Shown: piece by piece, positions 25,493-39,310 of the stretch | How the letters are laid out: each line of letters opens with the position of its first letter | Position numbering within the stretch: position 1 is the first letter of the stretch | Assembly (NCBI GenBank): GCA_050230475.1 | Contig: JBFLGF010000057.1 | Span: forward strand, 1-64,000 | Direction: 5' to 3' | Length of the DNA: 64,000 bases | DNA from: Ancylonema sp. | Lineage: Eukaryota | Position numbers and translations under genes: made by a program | Notes under the pieces: generated by a model | Told to the model about the DNA's origin: nothing | Database searches by the model: none | The model's input: only the letters and a program-made list of their open reading frames with translations

Positions 25493-26470
25493 TTATGCGT
25501 GTATGATTCTTTCGTCTAAGGGCTGCACCACAGAGGTAGTGTTTGCAGGCAAGAGGGGTAAAGCGATGTTCGACAACTTCATCACCTTCAAGTCCTCTTG
25601 CTCGCTTGCGTCCACACGCAACATTTGAATGGCCGCATTATCCATGAGCAATGAGATATTCTTGCCCGCTTCAACCATCTCCTTGTTCAAAGTTGTGGTG
25701 TACTTCTTGAACACCTCTCCCATCATCCACGTCTTTTATTGAATGAGTGATGTGCCATACTCGGTTTCCACCCTTTGAAGCACCGTGGTTTTTTAGCTGT
25801 GTGTATGCTAAGTGGCTTCATTCGCTCTATTCTCGTGGAGTTCAGGCACAAACCCACCGTGATTCGGTTTTTCGTGCACTTGTTGCCTTTCATCGGTCTT
25901 GCACATGGTCACTTCCACACCATGAGCAACTGACTTTACGAGGATAGATCTCGGATAGACTGATATACTCACCGGTGGAGTGGGAGGCAAAGGGTCGGGG
26001 CTTGGTAAAAAGACCACTCTCGTCAAAGTTGAACACATCTTCTGGCTCGTAATTCCCATCTTCAATTATTTTTTGCCACGGCTCGTCTTGCAAACTATAC
26101 ACCGGATGTTAGGACCACTCCCTATAATCACTAGTGCTCCTCTAGTGAGTGTGCCTAACCCGCACTTGTGTGCTATTAGCCTAGAGTACAGTTGTGCTTC
26201 TAGTGTGTTAGTGTTCTAGTTATCCCATCATGCGTGTTGTGCTAGTTTAGTATGTATACTCAATAGGAGCGTCTATTCATTCGCTCCTATCAATTCATGT
26301 GCTTCCCATACACTTAGTGCTTCCCCATCTCCCATTCGAGTACTTGTGTGTGTGTGTCGTGCTTTTCTAAGCTAGGATGCTTTCTTCACTATAGCATCCT
26401 AACACCGGATGTGTCGGCTGAGTTGCTCTTGCCATGCGCATTTCGGCGAGACAGGCCATGTCTTTTTTGT
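25493..26470 (-). pseudogene. pogo/CENP-B-like DDE_1 transposase relic, frameshifted and interrupted by a solo LTR
   Basis: Minus-strand fragments RHGLSRRNAHGKSNSAD (~26410-26465), EDVFNFDESGLF, ISLLMDNA and LPANTTSVVQPLDERII lie in different frames. Confidence 0.85.
26107..26404. mobile_element. Solo LTR (298 bp)
   Basis: Ends TGTTAGGA...TCCTAACA (perfect 8-bp inverted, TG...CA), flanked by a perfect 5-bp TSD CCGGA (26102-26106, 26405-26409). Confidence 0.92.
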
Positions 26471-28497
26471 GAGATATGTGCTCCAACATAACTTGTATAT
26501 TATGTAAGTGTTTAACTTTTAGGTGGCCAAAGTTGCCAATTTAGTTTGACGGGAACTCTTGGCGTGTTCGGTGACGTTTTTGGTTTTGTATGTGAGTGTG
26601 CGTCTATGAAATGGATCAGATGTGTTTGGTGCTTATATCGGAGATAGGTGGTATTGCGACGCGTGTTACTTTGGTTTGTTATATTAGTGGTACGGTTGGT
26701 TAGAATAATGTATCGGCGATTTTGTGTTAGTCACAGCGTGGCGACGGTGTAGCCTAACTTGGCGCGCGTGTGCGTATTTATGAAGATTGTGTATGACCGA
26801 GTTTAGATTTGATCGTTCGACGTATCAAGGGTCGTAAGTCGTTTAGGTGTGCTTTGGACTCTCGGTTGCGTGTTCCAAGGTCATACTTTTGGCTAGATCG
26901 AATTCGCTTACCGAACCATATAGTGACAATTCTTCTCCGGTATTTGTTTTGACTTGCTTTTATGAGAAGAAGCTTTGTCTATGTGTCGCGTACAATGAGT
27001 ATGAGTTAAAGTGAATGTGGATGCGCGAATGAGTATGAGTATGTGTTAAAAATTATCATTGAGCACTATTTGTGTATTTGAGTGAGTTAAGAGTTGAGAG
27101 TTGAGACAAGAGTGGACGTCAACATGGCGTCCACATTTTTTTGCAGTTCTATAGCCACCCAGGGGAGGCCCTCAAATCCTCCATACCAAGAAGAAGGGCA
27201 AGGTGTTTTTTCCTTTTCCATCATCATCGTGTCTAGGACGATGAGATTTTGTGCTCTCACTTGCAGCAGCGAAACATAGACTTTGAATGATTATATGCTT
27301 TGCAAGCACACAGACATCCACAACGAATTACTCACCTGTTGGAACCAGTTGATGTGGAGTATTTTCTGCAACATATTTGTATATTAATGATGTGTTAATT
27401 AGTTCGACCAAAGTTGCCGTAATAGTGCGCGGTTCTTTTAGTGCGCCGTTCTTTGACGCTTTTGGTTTTTGGTTCGTTTTTCGTGTTTATTGTTATTCGC
27501 GTCTATGACTTGAAGTGACGTTTTGTCTTTGGGAATATTTATAATAATGACACGTGTAGTTTTTCGCTCATCGGTAGAAAAGTTATGACGTGTGTCAGTG
27601 AAATGTGTCAGTAGTCGCGTTATTGGCTCGGCGCGCAATAACTCAATCAATAGTTGACGAATTAGATTTACTCGTTCGGTTAATCTAGGGTCATTAGTCA
27701 TTTGGAGATATTGTCAACTTGATGACAAGACAAGGTCTTACTTTTGGCTAGTTGATTGAGATTTTCTCATACAATGGGTATAGGTACAATTCTTCTCCGG
27801 TGTTGTTTTCACTTGCTTTTATATGAAAGAAGCTTTGTCTATGAGCTGCGCCATATGTGAATGAGTTTAATGAGTATGTGAATGAGTCTGAGTCTGAGTT
27901 TGAGTTGAGCGCAATCTGAGTAAGAGTTGAGTTCTGAGTTTGAGTTGGGTATTACTCAAGTGTAAAGAGTTGAGTTGAGTGGACGTCACAATGGCGTCCA
28001 CAGTTGAATAGACTGTCTTCGAGGTGAATATGTTGCGCGGGCCTGGTCCTTGTTCTTGCACCTTTTTCTTCTGAGAAGGAAATCCATATCTCGCTCTCCT
28101 TCAAAATCTTGCTCACGAGTGCTCTACCTATCGATTCGTTGAGCTCCTTGCTTGCAACTTGACACATACTATCTTGTGTCTTTAGGGGATTGTGGCTTTG
28201 TATTCCACAGATTCTCTTCTGTGTGTGCGTTACCAATACTCGAGTCTGTTTCCTCTTGCTAGGTACAAAATGTTACCCAAACATTTTGTAGACGAACACG
28301 CTACCAACTCGAACGACCAGTTTCAATATAGATTATTTCGCTTGAAGAAGGGAAAGAACTCCATTTTTCAATGTAATGAAGTAACCTTAGATGCTAAGCG
28401 CCGAAAATAGCTACAAAGGAAGGACAAAAAACCTCAGTTTGAAGCAAGAAATAAAGCCTTATTTTACCCAAGTACCCTGTCACGTTCGCATGTTCGT

Positions 28498-28668
28498 GAC
28501 GTCACAATTCGTTACAGACACAAAATCGTCATTTTTTGTGTGCCTGTAACGTGGTGTGCTAGTGCCTACAACGAAGACGATTTGGCGGGGGAAAGTCGGT
28601 ACACGCGATTTTGCTGTCTACGACATGACAGTGCTGATAACAAGCTTGCCTGTAACGAGTGTCTGCTG
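28498..28668. mobile_element. Degenerate terminus of the pogo-like family (probable 5' end of the transposase-bearing copy)
   Basis: Aligns with 24337-24504 (gtgtgcctgtaacgtggtgtgctagtgcct...gaagacg...ggcgggggaaagt) and ends ...gagtgtctgctg followed by TA. Confidence 0.75.
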
Positions 28669-29179
28669 TATCCTCGAATTTTCATATCCAAGTCAGGGGA
28701 GTATTTGTGGACTCCACCCCTCCACCCCTCCACCCCGCTTGCCTGGTACACGTTCTGCTACCCCACACGTCCACATCTTACTGTTACAAATTTCCAGGAA
28801 ATTTACAAAGCCCGCGCATACTTCCGTAGAGGGATTTTATAGAGTGGAGAAAACGGAAAGTTTGGCCAAGTTGCGCCAGTCCTCTGTCATCCTGCTTAAT
28901 TTTGCCGAGCTGATTTGGAGACGTTGGAGGAACGTGTAGACCTCTCGTAAATCATTTCAATAACCTGAACCACCAAACCCATGAAATACGCTACAATTGA
29001 TGCTTTCTACAATTCCATGTTGCGAGATAGATAATGTTGCAGGTCTAAAGACTTGCTTTCAGGAAATCTTCGCAGATTAGCAGCCTGGTATCATATAAAG
29101 CTCGTCTGCAAATACCGGCCGTTTCTAAGACAGCAAATACAAATCAAATCGGACGGAATATACATCTTGGAGCAGCACC

Positions 29180-31375
29180 ATGCTCACCTTCTCTGATTCG
29201 CAGACGTTTACATCATCTTCACAATATCGTGCCATCTGGCGCCCATCTCTACGTGATCCAGCGATTGAGTCATCGCGTCGCTCGCGTAACCAGTCTTTGC
29301 CAGGAAAGGAATTTGCTGCGAAGTACACAGTGGGATACTCCCGTCATTTGCGTGACTGTAACAGGGGACGACAACTGGTGAATAAGATACCTTCATATGG
29401 AAACAGATGGCAGCGCGACCGAGCAGGCAGGAGGGGGCTGGCCGACACTGCGCAGCCGAACGCAGTTTCGGATAATCACATCCCTGTCGAGTTGGGCAGC
29501 TCGGAAGCAGTCTCAGAAGTCTTACAGCGGAGGGCATCTGGACTTGTGGAGCCAATCGGTGTCGTGATTGTCGATCATGGATCGAGAAGACAAGCTTCCA
29601 ACAACCTCTTACGTACGCTCAATTCCACTTTCACTGGATTCAAACAGTCTACATTCTTCAGCGGTCTAGAATTTGTAAGTCGACGTACGCATGTGCTGAA
29701 AATCTGTGGAGTATTGACCGAAGGATCGCATCAGAAATTTCGAAGGAGATTACTTTGTCCAATTAATTGTGGTGTTGTCTTCCTTCTGTGCAACCCTTGT
29801 CATTGAATCGCTCAATTTTTCATTCCTCATCTCTGTAGCTCTACAGATGCCTGTGTGGAGCTGTACAAAGAGGAGACTGGAAGGCAGCTAGTAGAGCCGG
29901 CTCATATGGTCAGTGGAACTCTATCCCAATCTTTCCATGCACATATATTTATATATTTATATATTTATACATTTATACATTTATGTATTTATGTATTTAT
30001 ATATTTGTATATTTCTGTATTTTTATATTTTTATATATACGAAGATGTACATATATATGTATATGTATATGCGCATGCATATTTATCTGTTCATTAATAT
30101 GTATATTTATATATATGTATATGTAAATGAATGTGTGTATATGTGTATGTGTATGTATATGTATATGTGTTTGTATACAAATGTATGTATATATACATAC
30201 AGATGTGTAGCTATATTTATATGTACGCATAGATATACATGTATGAAATCATAAAATCTTGACCTGCCATAACGGTAAACATAGGATACGAATGAAGCTT
30301 TGGTACATCGCTGCCATCTCTGATTCAACCATCATCAAAAAGAGAGATCAGCGATGGGATGAGGATGCTCACGCCACCTCTGCCTTTTGAGAGGAAGACT
30401 TCTCCTCTCACTCCTCCGCTTGTCGTGCCCCGTGTCGCTTGGGTTGGTGAGGGTAACGTGAGCTGGTTGTAAGACAACGCTTCTTCTCTTCCTCTGTCAG
30501 CCGCTACTTTCCATCTTCACCCATCCTTTTCCCCCCCCACGGATTCCAATGTTTCCATCCGTTTCTTCTCTTCCCCAGGAGATATCTCAACCCTCCATTG
30601 CAACTGCTTTCACCCGATGTGTGGACCGTGGGGCCCGCTCAGTCATCATTAGTCCCTACTTCCTCTCCCCGGGCCGCCACTGGTCTCAGGTGGGGCGAGA
30701 TCGTAACCTCACATTCCCCCTGACTCACATACACAAATCCTGAAACCACGAAGCACTGGATCCCCATGACTGCGCATGTTGGTATCACTTCCACACGCTG
30801 TTCGGGCCATAACGCCACGTCCTCACCCACATCAATATAATTGGAATGAAGGACATGAGGGAAGGTTCCGGGAAACTTCCTGCTGTGTGCAGGACATTCC
30901 TGAGCTTGCTGCGTCCGCGGCTGAGAGCCACCCGGGGGTCGGGTACCTAGTGGCTGCCCCGATCGGATTGCACGCAGCTGTTGCTGTGAGTCGTCTCATA
31001 AACTATTTCATCGCAGAGGGGTGGAGGGATGTGGTACACGCATGACGGTGAGCAACGGAAAGGGTAGGTTTTGGAGTTTGCTGAGTTGTGATGGGTTGTA
31101 GTTGGGCATAGAATGATCATGACCCTGCCACCTCTGGTTGCGATGTACTTCTTCCTGTTTTCGATTTCGTGAAAGATACAAGTCATCGTTGTAGGGAGCA
31201 TAAGTGACTCAGCAGCATGCCACCTGGCGTGCAGGGAGTGGTGGAGGAGCGGATCCAACGATGCGTGAGTCATGCGAGCGGCCAATCAGAGGAGTGCCTC
31301 ATGTGTGCGGGATCAGGCGTGTGCCAAGTGAAGATATTTCAAAAAACAGGTCCCAAGGAGTCAGCAGACTCTTAA
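29180..31375 (+). CDS. SIRB: Sirohydrochlorin ferrochelatase (CbiX-like, likely plastid-targeted), copy 1, intact, 5 exons
   Basis: Ser/Arg-rich N-terminal extension, VIVDHGSRRQASN, VEPAHMEISQPSI, ISPYFLSPGRHWSQDIPEL, APIGLH, and C-terminal Cys cluster RCVSHASGQSEECLMCAGSGVC. Confidence 0.93.
29941..30245. repeat. AT-rich 8-mer (ATATATTT-like) and TATG microsatellite in SirB intron 2 (also in copy 2, ~33317-33613)
   Basis: Directly visible. Confidence 0.9.
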
Positions 31376-32555
31376 AAAAAGGATGAATTAGAAGGCCTTG
31401 CTGGCACCCGTCCAGTGCTTCGATTTGATATGCCAGCTGTCATTGAGAAAGGGGGATCGGCAGAATGTGAGGTGAGGAGAGGGAATGAGTAATGAAGTTG
31501 AAATGTTGTGAGCTCCTTCATACGCCACACTACTCGAATCAAGTATCGTACTCGAGAGAGGACTCACTTGAGAAAATGTAGCAACAACAGTTCAATGATT
31601 GAGCTATTTAAGTTCGATGAATGTGGGAAGCTGCTGCTGCAACCTCATTATGGGGGAGAGTTGTATGTCGAGGTAGCTCCCTCTACACCTCTCACATGTG
31701 TGCTCAGATGTGATGAGTGTTTCCCCTCACGTCTACTCCTCAAAAGTAATGGCTCGCAGTCGAGGGTTTGTTTTCTAACATGGACATATACTTCAGGATT
31801 CTTGTGAAAATGGTGTCACCACTCGTAACCTTCGTGATCTTGCTGGTAATGACATCAATGTTTGCTTGTGTGGGTGGATGCTGTTTTTTCCGAACCACAC
31901 AACTGAGTCTTTCATAAATGTAGTCACATGGACATGTGTCTGATTTGTTGAATTTGATGGTTGGCAATACAACATCACTTGTGTGGACACTGTTTGAGAC
32001 TCTTGTGGCGTACCTGCCATATCTTATCATATAGAGATCCAACGTCTGCATCAAAACTACGCAAAACGTTATTATGCAGAGGAGGGGAAATCACTTTTGC
32101 ACTCCACCTTCGTTGAAAGCATGGCGACGCGCATCCATCATTCCAAGACAAGAATAGCTCCACAACATTGCGCCGTATGTGGGCGGGTTTGCAGGTCCAA
32201 ACGGACACATGTCGTGCTGTATTGCATCGTGTATGTACACACATGTGAAACTCTCGTTATAACAAGACTCGTTGTATACGTGCGTCGTAATGTGTGTGAA
32301 TGCAATGTCGTGTAGACCTCTCGTAAATCATTTCAATAACCTGAACCACCAAACCCATGAAATACGCTACAATTGATGCTTTCTACAATTCCATGTTGCG
32401 AGATAGATAATGTTGCAGGTCTAAAGACTTGCTTTCAGGAAATCTTCGCAGATTAGCAGCCTGGTATCATATAAAGCTCGTCTGCAAATACCGGCCGTTT
32501 CTAAGACAGCAAATACAAATCAAATCGGACGGAATATACATCTTGGAGCAGCACC

Positions 32556-34742
32556 ATGCTCACCTTCTCTGATTCGCAGACGTTTACATCATCTTCACAA
32601 TATCGTGCCATCTGGCGCCCATCTCTACGTGATCCAGCGATTGAGTCATCGCGTCGCTCGCGTAACCAGTCTTTGCCAGGAAAGGAATTTGCTGCGAAGT
32701 ACACAGTGGGATACTCCCGTCATTTGCGTGACTGTAACAGGGGACGACAACTGGTGAATAAGATACCTTCATATGGAAACAGATGGCAGCGCGACCGAGC
32801 AGGCAGGAGGGGGCTGGCCGACACTGCGCAGCCGAACGCAGTTTCGGATAATCACATCCCTGTCGAGTTGGGCAGCTCGGAAGCAGTCTCAGAAGTCTTA
32901 CAGCGGAGGGCATCTGGACTTGTGGAGCCAATCGGTGTCGTGATTGTCGATCATGGATCGAGAAGACAAGCTTCCAACAACCTCTTACGTACGCTCAATT
33001 CCACTTTCACTGGATTCAAACAGTCTACATTCTTCAGCGGTCTAGAATTTGTAAGTCGACGTACGCATGTGCTGAAAATCTGTGGAGTATTGACCGAAGG
33101 ATCGCATCAGAAATTTCGAAGGAGATTACTTTGTCCAATTAATTGTGGTGTTGTCTTCCTTCTGTGCAACCCTTGTCATTGAATCGCTCAATTTTTCATT
33201 CCTCATCTCTGTAGCTCTACAGATGCCTGTGTGGAGCTGTACAAAGAGGAGACTGGAAGGCAGCTAGTAGAGCCGGCTCATATGGTCAGTGGAACTCTAT
33301 CCCAATCTTTCCATGCACATATATTTATATATTTATACATTTATACATTTATGTATTTATGTATTTATATATTTGTATATTTCTGTATTTTTATATTTTT
33401 ATATATACGAAGATGTACATATATATGTATATGTATATGCGCATGCATATTTATCTGTTCATTAATATGTATATTTATATATATGTATATGTAAATGAAT
33501 GTGTGTATATGTGTATGTGTATGTATATGTATATGTGTTTGTATACAAATGTATGTATATATACATACAGATGTGTAGCTATATTTATATGTACGCATAG
33601 ATATACATGTATGAAATCATAAAATCTTGACCTGCCATAACGGTAAACATAGGATACGAATGAAGCTTTGGTACATCGCTGCCATCTCTGATTCAACCAT
33701 CATCAAAAAGAGAGATCAGCGATGGGATGAGGATGCTCACGCCACCTCTGCCTTTTGAGAGGAAGACTTCTCCTCTCACTCCTCCGCTTGTCGTGCCCCG
33801 TGTCGCTTGGGTTGGTGAGGGTAACGTGAGCTGGTTGTAAGACAACGCTTCTTCTCTTCCTCTGTCAGCCGCTACTTTCCATCTTCACCCATCCTTTTCC
33901 CCCCCCACGGATTCCAATGTTTCCATCCGTTTCTTCTCTTCCCCAGGAGATATCTCAACCCTCCATTGCAACTGCTTCACCCGATGTGTGGACCGTGGGG
34001 CCCGCTCAGTCATCATTAGTCCCTACTTCCTCTCCCCGGGCCGCCACTGGTCTCAGGTGGGGCGAGATCGTAACCTCACATTCCCCCTGACTCACATACA
34101 CAAATCCTGAAACCACGAAGCACTGGATCCCCATGACTGCGCATGTTGGTATCACTTCCACACGCTGTTCGGGCCATAACGCCACGTCCTCACCCACATC
34201 AATATAATTGGAATGAAGGACATGAGGGAAGGTTCCGGGAAACTTCCTGCTGTGTGCAGGACATTCCTGAGCTTGCTGCGTCCGCGGCTGAGAGCCACCC
34301 GGGGGTCGGGTACCTAGTGGCTGCCCCGATCGGATTGCACGCAGCTGTTGCTGTGAGTCGTCTCATAAACTATTTCATCGCAGAGGGGTGGAGGGATGTG
34401 GTACACGCATGACGGTGAGCAACGGAAAGGGTAGGTTTTGGAGTTTGCTGAGTTGTGATGGGTTGTAGTTGGGCATAGAATGATCATGACCCTGCCACCT
34501 CTGGTTGCGATGTACTTCTTCCTGTTTTCGATTTCGTGAAAGATACAAGTCATCGTTGTAGGGAGCATAAGTGACTCAGCAGCATGCCACCTGGCGTGCA
34601 GGGAGTGGTGGAGGAGCGGATCCAACGATGCGTGAGTCATGCGAGCGGCCAATCAGAGGAGTGCCTCATGTGTGCGGGATCAGGCGCGTGCCAAGTGAAG
34701 ATATTTCAAAAAACAGGTCCCAAGGAGTCAGCAGACTCTTAA
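32556..34742 (+). pseudogene. SIRB: SirB copy 2 with a 1-bp frameshift in exon 3 (or an assembly-duplicated haplotype)
   Basis: Identical to copy 1 except ctgcttcac (33976-33977) vs ctgctttcac (30608-30610), a Val->Ala change at 34687, and an intron repeat-length change. Confidence 0.75.
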
Positions 34743-36446
34743 AAAAAGGATGAATTAGAAGGCCTTGCTGGCACCCGTCCAGTGCTTCGATTTGATATGC
34801 CAGCTGTCATTGAGAAAGGGGGATCGGCAGAATGTGAGGTGAGGAGAGGGAATGAGTAATGAAGTTGAAATGTTGTGAGCTCTTCATACGCCACACTACT
34901 CGAATCAAGTATCGTACTCGAGAGAGGACTCACTTGAGAAAATGTAGCAACAACAGTTCAATGATTGAGCTATTTAAGTTCGATGAATGTGGGAAGCTGC
35001 TGCTGCAACCTCATTATGGGGGAGAGTTGTATGTCGAGGTAGCTCCCTCTACACCTCTCACATGTGTGCTCAGATGTGATGAGTGTTTCCCCTCACGTCT
35101 ACTCCTCAAAAGTAATGGCTCGCAGTCGAGGGTTTGTTTTCTAACATGGACATATACTTCAGGATTCTTGTGAAAATGGTGTCACCACTCGTAACCTTCG
35201 TGATCTTGCTGGTAATGACATCAATGTTTGCTTGTGTGGGTGGATGCTGTTTTTTCCGAACCACACAACTGAGTCTTTCATAAATGTAGTCACATGGACA
35301 TGTGTCTGATTTGTTGAATTTGATGGTTGGCAATACAACATCACTTGTGTGGACACTGTTTGAGACTCTTGTGGCGTACCTGCCATATCTTATCATATAG
35401 AGATCCAACGTCTGCATCAAAACTACGCAAAACGTTATTATGCAGAGGAGGGGAAATCACTTTTGCACTCCACCTTCGTTGAAAGCATGGCGACGCGCAT
35501 CCATCATTCCAAGACAAGAATAGCTCCACAACATTGCGCCGTATGTGGGCGGGTTTGCAGGTCCAAACGGACACATACTTCAATACAAGATTCTGATTTG
35601 AATGACCGTCATTGTTCGGAATGACCTTATGTTCGTATGCCAATACACAAAATTATGTATCTTGTCCGGGTGGTGGGGTCGTTGATGTCACGATTGTGGC
35701 ATATATTCAGACATCCACCCCTTCAAAGTATACCTTTGGACAACTGCGTTCCGCTCCGACTTTGACATGATATCGTCAGCTTAATCCATTCATCGTTATG
35801 AAAAGTAGGTCGGAACTCTTTCTCAAACGGAAGTTTACAAAATATTGACACAATATTTTTGGTCTCCCTTATGACTGGAGAGGATCTTATTTCAATGTTT
35901 ACGGATGATAAAGATGAATCCAATTCTCATTTCTATCAAGCGATAGGAGAAAGAAGGACAAAGCAAGTATTCGCAAATATCCATGTCCCCTCCCTAGTAG
36001 AGGATATTGCGTGTAGAACATCCAAGAGTTTTCATATTTGGGTCCGGGTTTGCTCCGAATCCTGACAATTGATGGCAAGGTGTCATAAGGTTGCTTGATT
36101 GAAAGAGTTGGAGCGAAATGAATGCGTTATCACCAAAACCGTACAAGTGAGAACGAAACTCGGCTGTCAAAAGACACACTCTTAAGTAGACCTACCTTTG
36201 TAAGACTAGGCAAAAAATTGTCCAAGTACTTAATCCGGAATGTGAGTGGGCTAGTCTGGACGAAACTCACCATAGGAGTTATTAGTTGTGGTGATTCATG
36301 TTCGTCAGTTTTCTACTAGTTAGTCTTGCTGTAGACGGAATTGAGTACGCACTCAGTTGCTTGTATGTGATTAGTGTCAAAACTATTCCCGAACTATGAT
36401 TGGATATATCGGATTCGATCGTGTGCTTGTATGGTGGTTATTAGGA

Positions 36447-36580
36447 CCTGTACGGTGAAGATGCATGTATGGTGAAGATGCCTAAAACGGTGAATATGCC
36501 TTTACGGTGAATGTGCCTATATAGTGAAAATGATTATATGGTGAATATGTCTATACGGCAAATGTACTTGTACGATGAAA
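36447..36580. repeat. Degenerate ~17-bp tandem repeat (TAYGGTGAADATGCCT-like), ~7-8 units
   Basis: tacggtgaagatgcatg tatggtgaagatgccta aaacggtgaatatgcctt tacggtgaatgtgccta ... Confidence 0.8.
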
Positions 36581-39310
36581 CAGTACGGGTGCGGGTATTC
36601 ACGGCCTTATGTCATGTTAGGTAGGCGCGTGGGTATTCCCCGATAATGATTCAAAATAACACGTGTCCCTTGGGCGTATTTGTCATTGCGGCTCGAACAT
36701 AATCTAAGGCCGTAGTTAGGATGTACGGTATGATTCTTCCGCCACCTACAACACCAACAACAACACTTAAAACGGGATTTACCGACAGCTGCATTACGAG
36801 GCGGTTGTCGTATAAGCGGACAAGTTCCTTAATCAATGACTAGCAATATTCACATTGCGTTAAAGGCACGGTAAGTTTGCATTATTATGCGGGGATGCGA
36901 AAAAGGCCCAAAAGGCAAATTTGTAACTTACGTGAGTACTAGTCGATAGCTGCGAGCGCACAACACTACTACAATACCCGCTTAACTTCTACTCAGCTAG
37001 AGTGAAGAGTGTAGCAACATTTGTCCTAGCGTACTAGTCTATGAGTGGATTAGCCAGTAAGTCGGCTAGCTGAGTCGGCTAAGCCGGTGCCGCAAGTAGG
37101 TTCGACAGGATCAATAGTTTCCTAGCTAATAGCATGATAAGGTTTGCTGAGCACTCAACATTCCGTAACCTTAGACCTTAATCGGTCGTATCACACCACG
37201 GGAACCGCCGATTAATTGACCACATGTAAATAATCTTTGTGTTCGGCTGACATTTCCTCCTTTGTGAATTGATTTCAGTCATTTATCGATTGCGCATTAT
37301 GAAATACCGTCAGCCATGCTGGACTGTGGCACTTATAAAATGAATGACAATCGAGTCAACCCCGAAGTCATATAAACTTGATCATGCTAGACTTACTTCA
37401 ATACACGGAATCGTACACGAAAAATGCAATACTTAGCGGTTGTGCAAATGAATGAATTAATTGTCAATCCAAAATGCTTGGACTTTGTAAGTCCATTGTC
37501 TAGCTAATTAGAAGTTTGCTATGACCGTTTCATAAACGAAATTTCCTACTGCAATGACCATTCTACAAACGATTTGGACTTCCTACATTATGCACCATAT
37601 GCAATGCATTATGCAATGTATTGCACCAACCGGTCAACTTCATGCACAAGTAGATCTTTAACTTCTCAACTTCTAAAACGTTCCATATCCCTCTAGTCAA
37701 CATAGCATGCATACGGTCAACGACATTACTTATAACGACTACTTAAGTTTCCGTTCGCTTTACAACGAGCTAGTATAATTCTCTCTATAACAAAAGCTAT
37801 TTACTAGTGCGAACCTTGTTCTAAGGCTATTATAGTGATTGCCTTATACTCTTCACACAGTACATCATCATACAACTCATAAGCTTCGAGCACTCTACGC
37901 TTAGGCCGTCGGCAACGCCTTGCCATAGGTAGACTAGAAAATAATATTTGGCATGTAGTAGACTTGCATGGTGTGGGTACAATGCTTTATATTAGCGCGC
38001 ACGTGTGTGTAGCGGACCTCGACTCATTGTAGGCTGAAGTATCGACAATGGTGACATGAATGGTTGCCTTGCCTTCCTTCGAAGTGCCACGTGATAGCGT
38101 GAAGATAACCTTTGTTTTTTTTTAGCCGAGGGGATGCTCCACCGCACAACTGGCCGCTGCAAATTCCGCGCCCTCGTTGAGATTGTTGAGGTCGAGTCGC
38201 ATGGCTGTGGCAAATGGTTAGCTTATCATAACCTTGGACGCTCTCGTGTCAATTATCGTTTCTCGTGGTACATAGCCGTCCGCATCCAGGGTGTCGTCAT
38301 CCGTGTATAGGAAAGCCGGGGTGTAATGTGTGGTGGGTCTGTCCGTTACACGGACCAACGAAGGCAGTTGCTCTGTCCCTGTCTAGGGTTGAAAAGGGAA
38401 GCGACTTTCTTGGTCGGTCGCCTTTGCCCACGGACTGGCGGACAGGTCCGCTATCAGATGCTGCAGAAAAACAAGAAAATACAATTCGGCATGTGTGTAC
38501 TCGAGTGAGGTGTACAATGACTAGTTTATTAAACGCGCACAACTGTGTTGCGGATCTCGACTAGATCATTAGACCATGTGTTGCAACTATGCAACAAGAT
38601 ATAAAGGCAATGTTCGATATTACACTAGGATCGCACTTGCAAGTATGACACGATGCTAGATGGCATGACACTTATAAATGCTTCACACACTTCTATCTCC
38701 AACGTTTCATCCATGGCGGAGATGGCGGAGATGAGCTACTTTCTAAAACAACGGCATTTCGTGCGAACAACAGTGGTACCGAGGGGTACGAGCGAACGAC
38801 AACGGGGGTACAAGTAATTCCAAAAGGAGTGGTCTTAAACAACAACGTTTTGGAAGGCCAAAAAATTCGTCCAAATAAAAGAAAACCGGCGGGTATTGAC
38901 CGGAAAGGAGTGGCCAAAGGAGTGGTCATAAACTGTGCTCTCAACCAGCCGTTTCCAGATGCGCACTACGCCGTTTCGGATACGGCGATATAACGATACA
39001 GCACGACACGTCAAAATTTTCAAGTCTGGCACGACACGCGTATCGATACGTAGCATTGGACCCCGTCTTCAGCGCAAGATCCGCCACCACCATACCGAAG
39101 ACTCGGAGACAAGCGAATCGAATCATGGAATGGAGTCACATCGAAATTGGCGATTCCGGTCATTGGAATAGGCGGACAATGTCATATCATGAAAATCGAA
39201 TATAGACTTCTTTAAAGCTGGAAGTTTCTGGGGCAGTTAAGAAGAAGAGACGGGAGAAGAACGGAGAGGTGCGGGGTTCAGGGGATGCGGGGTAAGTTGG
39301 ATTGAGGGAG

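Larger units (their letters stand above)
28933..35576. repeat. Near-identical direct tandem duplication: 28933-32210 and 32309-35576, with a 98-bp unique junction
   Basis: The offset falls from 3376 to 3366 along the copies, explained by one 8-bp unit loss and two 1-bp deletions; one substitution seen (31320 T vs 34687 C). Confidence 0.97.

Noticed and set aside
35577..39100. Short ORFs and hAT-like subterminal motifs (38570-39060) in the SirB-DDX51 intergenic region
   Set aside because: No recognisable domain, paired TIRs or TSD; probably decayed repeats, but not assignable by eye.
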